Of a stretch of DNA of 64,000 bases, positions 58,763 through 64,000 are shown piece after piece. Where the stretch lies: assembly GCA_038231135.1 (NCBI GenBank), contig JBBRLX010000008.1, positions 73,614 to 137,613 on the forward strand, in the 5' to 3' direction. Position 1 is the first letter of the stretch; every line of letters starts with the position of its first letter. A model generated the notes under the pieces. The model was not told where the DNA came from, searched no databases, and worked only from the letters and a program-made list of their open reading frames with translations. This DNA is from Candidatus Eiseniibacteriota bacterium (GTDB taxonomy: Bacteria; Eisenbacteria; RBG-16-71-46). Position numbers and translations under genes: made by a program.

Positions 58763-61189
58763 TCACTCGTCGCGCAGCGCCACCATGGGATCGACCGCAG
58801 CCGCGCGGCGCGCGGGCACGTAGCTCGCGAGGATCGCGGTGGCGGTGAGCAGCATCGCGATGACCACGAAACTCACGGGATCGGATGGATTCGTTTCGCG
58901 CAGCAGGCTCGCCACGGCGCGCCCGGCACCGAACGCGCCGAGCAGACCGATGACGATGCCGATCCCCGCGAGCCGGGCGCCCTGACCGACGATCATCCGC
59001 AGCACGTCCTCGCTGCGCGCGCCGAGCGCCATGCGGACGCCGATCTCGTGGGTGCGCTGGCTCACGCCGTACGCCACGACGCCGTAGACGCCGATCACCG
59101 CCAGCAGCAGCGCGACCGCGCCGAATACCGCGAACATCGAGCCGAACAGTCCGTACTGCCAGAAGCTCAGCCGGCGCTGCTCCGTCATGGTGAGCGTACC
59201 GAACACCGGCAACGCGGGATCCGCGCTGCGGATCGCCCGCCGGGCCAGGTTCGTGATCCGCGCCGGATCGCCGGCGCAGCGGATCGTGATGCCGTTGTTG
59301 CGCGCCGGCACCCACGGATACGGCAGGAACGCCCAGCGTGCCGGCTCGCGCGCGTCGATGCCGTTCAGCTTGAAGTCCGGCACCACGCCGATCACGGTGA
59401 ACGCGTGATGCGCGGAATCGGTCCGCAGCCGGAACTGCCGCCCGAGCGGCTGGGCGTCCTTGCCCCACAGCTTGCGGCCGAAGCTCTGCGTCACGACCGC
59501 GACCGCCGTGCTTTCCGATGCCTCGCTGTCGGTGAAGTCGCGCCCCTGCAGCAGGGGCACGCCAAGCGTGCGGAACCAGTGCGACGTCACGCCGGTATAG
59601 GGCAGCACGGGCTCCTCGCCCGGCGCCGCCTTCGAATCGTCGGCCACGATGCCGTCCGAGCTGCCGCCGCCGTCGAACACGATCGTGTTCGACGCCGTCG
59701 CGGCCTGCACGCCCGGCAGCGCCTCGACGCGGCGCACGACGTCCGCGAGCCGCTGCTGCTTCACCCTGTCGTTCTTGTAGACGTCGCCGGGCAGGTAGAG
59801 GCGCATCGTCATGAGCCGGGCGGTGTCGAAGCCGGGATCGACGTGCTGGAGCGCGAAGAAGCTGCGCACGAACAGCGCCGCCGTCACCAGCAGCACCAGC
59901 GACAGCGCGACCTCGGCGATCACGAGCGCGTTGCGGATTCCGCTGCGCCGGCCGCCGGCGCCGGTGCCGCGGGCGCCCTCCTTGAGCGAATCCTGCAGGT
60001 TGCCGCGCGACGCCTGCAGCGCGGGCGCGAGGCCGAACAACAGCCCGGTGGCCACGGACACCGCGAGCGTGAACAGCAGCGACGTCCCGTCGATGCTCCA
60101 GTGGAGCAGGTAGGGCAGGTTGTCCGGCGGCAGCGAGGCGGTGATCAGGTCGAGCCCCCAGAACGCGATCAGCACACCGCCTACGCCGCCCATCAGCGCG
60201 ATCAGCACGCTCTCCGTGAGCAGCTGGCGCACGATGCGGCCGCGCCCGGCGCCGATCGCGGACCGGATCGCGATCTCGCGGTGGCGCGCCGAGGCGCGGG
60301 CGAGCTGCAGGTTCGCGACGTTCGCGCACGCCACCAGCAGCACGCAGATCACGGCGCCCATCATCGCGATCAGCACGAGCGTGACGTCGGGCCCGTTGTA
60401 CGACTCGCGCAGCGTGCGCAGGATCGTGGTGTAGCCACGGTTGTCGTCCGGATGCTCCTGGGCGAGCCGGGCCGAGATCGTCTTCAGCTCGACGGCCGCC
60501 TGGTCCACGGTGACTCCGCGTTTCAGGCGGGCGAATGCCCCGATCGTGCGATCGCCGCGCGCATCGGCGGCGTGGAGCGGGGTGAGCGGGATCCACAGGT
60601 CCTGCCGTGCCGGGAATCGGAATCCGGGCGGCATCACGCCGATCACGGTGCACAGCCTGCCGTTCACCGGGATCGCCCGGCCGACGATCGCGGGGTCCGA
60701 GTGATAGCGACGCTGCCACACGCCATTCGAGATGAGCACGGTGCCCGCGGCGCCCGGCCGGTCGTCGTCGGCGCGGAAGTCGCGGCCGAGCACCGGACGC
60801 ACACCCAGCATGGAGAACAGGTTCCACGACACGACGCTGCCCGCGAACCGCTCGGGCTCCTGGCCGTCGGACAGCGTCATGCTGAGTCCGGTGTTCGCCG
60901 CCATCTCCGAGAACGACCCGGCCTGGCGGCTGAGGTCGAGGTAGTTGGGATACGACAGCGCGCTCAAGCCCCGCGCCTCGCTCTTCGCGTGATGATCCGA
61001 GATCTCGACCAGCGCGCTCGGATCGCGGAAGTCGAACGGCTTGAGCAGCACCGCGTTCACCACGCTGAAGATCGTGGTGGTCGCCCCGATGCCGATCGCC
61101 AGGCACACGACCGCGAGCGCCGTGAACGCGGGCGACTTGCGCAGGGCGCGGATGGCGTAGCGCAGGTCCTGCAGCAGGGCGTCCATCAC
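58763..61189 (-). CDS. ADOP-type duplicated ABC permease (MacB/FtsX domains x2)
   Basis: QDLRYAIRALRKSPAF, LLVACANVANL, QRTHEIGVRMALGA, VDPMVALR. Confidence 0.95.
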   Translation of the reverse strand: MMDALLQDLRYAIRALRKSPAFTALAVVCLAIGIGATTTIFSVVNAVLLKPFDFRDPSALVEISDHHAKSEARGLSALSYPNYLDLSRQAGSFSEMAANTGLSMTLSDGQEPERFAGSVVSWNLFSMLGVRPVLGRDFRADDDRPGAAGTVLISNGVWQRRYHSDPAIVGRAIPVNGRLCTVIGVMPPGFRFPARQDLWIPLTPLHAADARGDRTIGAFARLKRGVTVDQAAVELKTISARLAQEHPDDNRGYTTILRTLRESYNGPDVTLVLIAMMGAVICVLLVACANVANLQLARASARHREIAIRSAIGAGRGRIVRQLLTESVLIALMGGVGGVLIAFWGLDLITASLPPDNLPYLLHWSIDGTSLLFTLAVSVATGLLFGLAPALQASRGNLQDSLKEGARGTGAGGRRSGIRNALVIAEVALSLVLLVTAALFVRSFFALQHVDPGFDTARLMTMRLYLPGDVYKNDRVKQQRLADVVRRVEALPGVQAATASNTIVFDGGGSSDGIVADDSKAAPGEEPVLPYTGVTSHWFRTLGVPLLQGRDFTDSEASESTAVAVVTQSFGRKLWGKDAQPLGRQFRLRTDSAHHAFTVIGVVPDFKLNGIDAREPARWAFLPYPWVPARNNGITIRCAGDPARITNLARRAIRSADPALPVFGTLTMTEQRRLSFWQYGLFGSMFAVFGAVALLLAVIGVYGVVAYGVSQRTHEIGVRMALGARSEDVLRMIVGQGARLAGIGIVIGLLGAFGAGRAVASLLRETNPSDPVSFVVIAMLLTATAILASYVPARRAAAVDPMVALRDE

Positions 61190-61962
61190 CGCACCTCGGC
61201 GCGATCCTCGACGACGCGGCCGTCGAACAACTGCACGGTGCGGTCGGCGTGGCGCGAGAAGCGCATGTCGTGGGTGACCATGCAGATCGTGGCGCCCGCG
61301 CGGTGCAACTCGCGCAGCAGCTCCATCACCTGCTCGCCGTTACGGGAATCGAGATTGCCGGTGGGCTCGTCGGCGAGCAGGATCGACGGCTCGCCGACCA
61401 GCGCCCGCGCCACTGCGACGCGCTGCTGCTGGCCGCCTGACAGCTGGCTCGGCAGGTGCCGCGCGCGGTGCGCCATGCCCACGCGCTCGAGCGCGTCGCT
61501 CACCTTGCCCTTGCGGTCGCCGGCGCTCATGCCGCGATAGGTCAGCGGCAGTTCGACGTTCTCCTGCACCGACAGGTCGCCGATCAGGTTGAAGCTCTGG
61601 AAGATGAACCCGATTTCGCGATTGCGGATGCGCGCGCGCTCCGACAGCTTGAGGGTCTCGATCGGCTGGCCCTTGAGCCAGTGCCGGCCGTCGGTCGGCG
61701 AATCGAGCAGACCCAAAATCGACAGCAGCGTGGACTTGCCGCAGCCCGACGGCCCGGCGATCGACAGGTAGTCGCCGTCCTTGATCTCGAGATGGATGCC
61801 CGACAGCGCGTGCGTCTCGACCTCGTCGGTGTAGAACACCTTGGTGACGTTCTCGAGCTTGATGAGCGTCTGTCCCGTCGGCTTCTTCAGTTCACGCTGC
61901 GGCCCGTCGAGCGGCGCAAGACTGCCTTTCAAGCGATCCGCGGCTTCCGTCATGGCGATCAT
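61186..61962 (-). CDS. ABC transporter ATP-binding protein (LolD/MacB-type)
   Basis: GGAGGAG SD; GPSGCGKST, IGFIFQSFNL, LSGGQQQRVA, ADEPTGNLD, VTHD. Confidence 0.97.
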   Translation of the reverse strand: MIAMTEAADRLKGSLAPLDGPQRELKKPTGQTLIKLENVTKVFYTDEVETHALSGIHLEIKDGDYLSIAGPSGCGKSTLLSILGLLDSPTDGRHWLKGQPIETLKLSERARIRNREIGFIFQSFNLIGDLSVQENVELPLTYRGMSAGDRKGKVSDALERVGMAHRARHLPSQLSGGQQQRVAVARALVGEPSILLADEPTGNLDSRNGEQVMELLRELHRAGATICMVTHDMRFSRHADRTVQLFDGRVVEDRAEVR

Positions 61963-61976
61963 GTCTCCTCCTCGTA

Positions 61977-63218
61977 TCAGCGGATCCGCACGCGGTCCAC
62001 GCCGTCCCATCGGGACATGTCCGAAAGAATCACTTCATCACCCACTTCGAGGCCGCTCCGCACCTCGACCGTGTTCACCGACGCCTTGCCCAGCCCGACG
62101 GGAACCCGCACAGCCCCCCGGCCGCGATCCACCAGCTTGAACATCCCGAGCGTCGTTTCGGACTGGCCGTCGGCCCCGCGCGCCACGTACAGCACGTTCG
62201 GCAGCCGTTCGATCTCGATGGTGCCGTCGACGCTCAAGTCGGGACGCGCACCCTGCGGCAGCGCACCGTCGATCGTGATGTCCACGGCCACGGTCGCGTC
62301 CTGCACCGAGGGGTCGATGCGCGTGACCCGGCCCTTCACGATGCCATTGCGGGTGTCGACCACCGCCGGCAGCCCGAGCGCGAGATCCTTGGCCTGCGTC
62401 TCCGGAATGCGCACCACCGCCTTGAGCCGCTCCGGCTGGGCGACCTTGGCGAGCAACTGGCCGGGGTTCACCCACTGGCCCTCTTCGAGATTCATCTCCT
62501 GCAGCACGCCCCGGGCGCCCGCCAGCACCTGCATCGAGCCGACGCGGCTGCGATGGAACGCCACGATCGCCCGCAGCCGCTCGACCTGCGCCTTCTGCAG
62601 CGCGAGCTGGGTGCGGGAGCTGTTGCGGATCACCTCGAGGCGCTGCTGCTCGCCGTCGTAGCGCGTGGACATCTCATCCTTGCGATCGCGCGCGTTGTCG
62701 AGCTCGTTGCCCGACACCAGCCCGTCCTTCGCGAGCCGCTCCGCCGCGACGGCCGCGCGCTGGGCGGTCTCGAACTCTGTATGGGCGGTGGCGACCGCGT
62801 TCTGCTCGGAGAGCACGTCGGATGCCAGCGAGGCCTCGAGACTCGCGAGCCCCTGCTGGGCGAGCGTGAGCTGGCGGTCCGCATCGAGCGCCTCGAGCTG
62901 GACGTCGGGGTTCGTCAGCTCGAACAGCAGCGTCGTCGCCTCGACCTTCTCGCCGGCGTGCACGTGGATGCGCTCGACGCGCCCGGCCGTGATCGCGGGG
63001 ATCCAGCGCATCTGCTCCGGCACCAACGTACCGGTGCCGCGCACCTGTCGCAGCATCGCGCCACGCTTCACGACGTCGGTCCACAGCGTGCCCTTTTCCA
63101 CCGTCGGCGCCGCCGGCTTGAGCCGGCTGAAGCCCACGGTCACGAGCACAACGGCGAGCGCCGCGCCCCCATAGAACCAGGCGCGGCGATCGGGACGCTT
63201 GGGACGAAGGATGTCCAG
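61977..63218 (-). CDS. Efflux RND/HlyD-family periplasmic adaptor subunit
   Basis: N-terminal TM; VKRGAMLRQVRGTGTL, coiled coil, ARPDLSVDG, GLEVGDEVILSD; start placed at CTG behind GGAGG. Confidence 0.9.
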   Translation of the reverse strand: MDILRPKRPDRRAWFYGGAALAVVLVTVGFSRLKPAAPTVEKGTLWTDVVKRGAMLRQVRGTGTLVPEQMRWIPAITAGRVERIHVHAGEKVEATTLLFELTNPDVQLEALDADRQLTLAQQGLASLEASLASDVLSEQNAVATAHTEFETAQRAAVAAERLAKDGLVSGNELDNARDRKDEMSTRYDGEQQRLEVIRNSSRTQLALQKAQVERLRAIVAFHRSRVGSMQVLAGARGVLQEMNLEEGQWVNPGQLLAKVAQPERLKAVVRIPETQAKDLALGLPAVVDTRNGIVKGRVTRIDPSVQDATVAVDITIDGALPQGARPDLSVDGTIEIERLPNVLYVARGADGQSETTLGMFKLVDRGRGAVRVPVGLGKASVNTVEVRSGLEVGDEVILSDMSRWDGVDRVRIR

Positions 63219-63282
63219 GACGACCTCCGGTTCGAACGTCGAAGCCCATGCGGCACTTCGTGCGAATTTCACGCACTTGCAA

Positions 63283-63411
63283 TAGAAGAAGCGTGCCATG
63301 GTCGTCGAAGCTGCGACTGGACTGTTGCGCATTGAGTTACGGGATTGCGCTTCGCTTCCCTTGCCTACGCGGATGTTCGACCGTGGGATTCAGCCGTCCC
63401 ACAACCGGACA
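63283..63411 (-). promoter_or_regulatory. Possible sigma54 promoter (non-canonical -12) and upstream activator sites
   Basis: TGGCACGcttcTTCTA at 63298-63283; inverted pair TGTTCGACCGTGGGA (63374-63388, +) and TGTCCGGTTGTGGGA (63411-63397, -). Confidence 0.35.
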
Positions 63412-63425
63412 GTCGGCTCTCCCCT

Positions 63426-64000
63426 CTATACGGTCGCCCGCCGGACGCCACGAGTCGAGTTCGATCCCAGGAACGCCAGTGCGGCACGAACGCGATGCTC
63501 GAGCGAGGCGCCTGGAAGAGTCTCGCAATGTGCGGCCGCAAGGCGCGCCTCGTCTGCCCGGAACCCGAGGCGCCGGATCCAGGGAATCACGTCGCTCTCT
63601 TTGGCTCTGGCCAGCGTTCGCCTGTTGGACGTCGCCTCACGCGCGAGCTCTCGCTTGCGGGTCATGAATTCAACGCCGAACTCGCTTTCGGCCGTGTATT
63701 GGTTGTGTGCCCGGCACCGCAACCGCATGGCTGCGATGCTCGTTTCGCCACCCATTGCGACGGCGTCACGCGCATACTTAAGCTTGTCGTAGGTGGCCTG
63801 GCCGATCGTGAACTGCAATCCGAACCGTTCGGGTGCCAGCGGCATGACCTTCGTCCGCAGGGCGGTGAAGTCCTCAACCGTCCCCGGGGACGGTTGGACT
63901 GTCTGAGGGGACTCCAACTCGAAGGGCGCCCCAACCGTCCCCGGGGACGGTTGCTGTTTGCGCGCCGACAGCGGCGTCACCTGCGCCGCAATGTCCGGCC
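63426..64000 (-). CDS. 3' part of HNH-endonuclease-like gene (apparently internally deleted) with RuvA-C-like tail; continues beyond window
   Basis: PLAPERFGLQFTI..DKLKYA joined directly to VAMGGETS..RLRCRAHNQY; tail IRRLGFRADEARLA..SLEHRVRAAL. Confidence 0.6.
   Translation of the reverse strand, partial: PDIAAQVTPLSARKQQPSPGTVGAPFELESPQTVQPSPGTVEDFTALRTKVMPLAPERFGLQFTIGQATYDKLKYARDAVAMGGETSIAAMRLRCRAHNQYTAESEFGVEFMTRKRELAREATSNRRTLARAKESDVIPWIRRLGFRADEARLAAAHCETLPGASLEHRVRAALAFLGSNSTRGVRRATV
63875..63953. repeat. Two identical perfect 22-bp palindromes, 57-bp period
   Basis: CAACCGTCCCCGGGGACGGTTG at 63875-63896 and 63932-63953, 35-bp unique spacer, in frame (QPSPGTV). Confidence 0.95.

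Noticed and set aside
63875..63953. CRISPR array
   Set aside because: Only two repeats of 22 bp, perfectly palindromic with no loop, in frame within a CDS, no cas genes in window; kept as a palindromic-repeat finding instead

Overview
GC-rich bacterial chromosomal window, almost entirely minus-strand genes; no rRNA, tRNA, CRISPR array or intact IS seen. The C-terminal T9SS-like/FlgD-Ig sorting domains, a PorV-like gene, a 'SWGxIKxxYR' C-terminal tail and ADOP permeases suggest an uncultured FCB-adjacent lineage such as Ca. Eisenbacteria (inference). From right to left: (1) a truncated, internally deleted HNH-like gene carrying perfect 22-bp palindromes; (2) an HlyD-ABC ATPase-2x ADOP permease-TPR operon, a decayed second ATPase, VOC, sigma54 response regulator/histidine kinase and DinB genes; (3) a secreted beta-helix protein; (4) a methylcrotonyl-CoA carboxylase (liu-like) cluster; (5) a split DUF4331 pair plus DUF4198 behind an ECF-type promoter; (6) the housekeeping run phoH-HDIG-ybeY-[kelch insert]-DUF502-recO-glyQ-glyS; (7) a ~26-kb LacI-controlled beta-glucan (probably beta-1,2-glucan) utilisation locus. 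That locus has two identical operators, a tandem-domain secreted protein of unknown family, a double CBM9-like protein, a TonB receptor/large CTD protein/PorV-like triad with no SusD, two GH144-like enzymes, a stand-alone GH94 phosphorylase, a sugar ABC transporter and an unclassified CBM-discoidin six-hairpin glycosidase; (8) three accessory genes and the 3' end of a GH1 beta-glucosidase. All family assignments come from motif recognition by eye; no searches were run.
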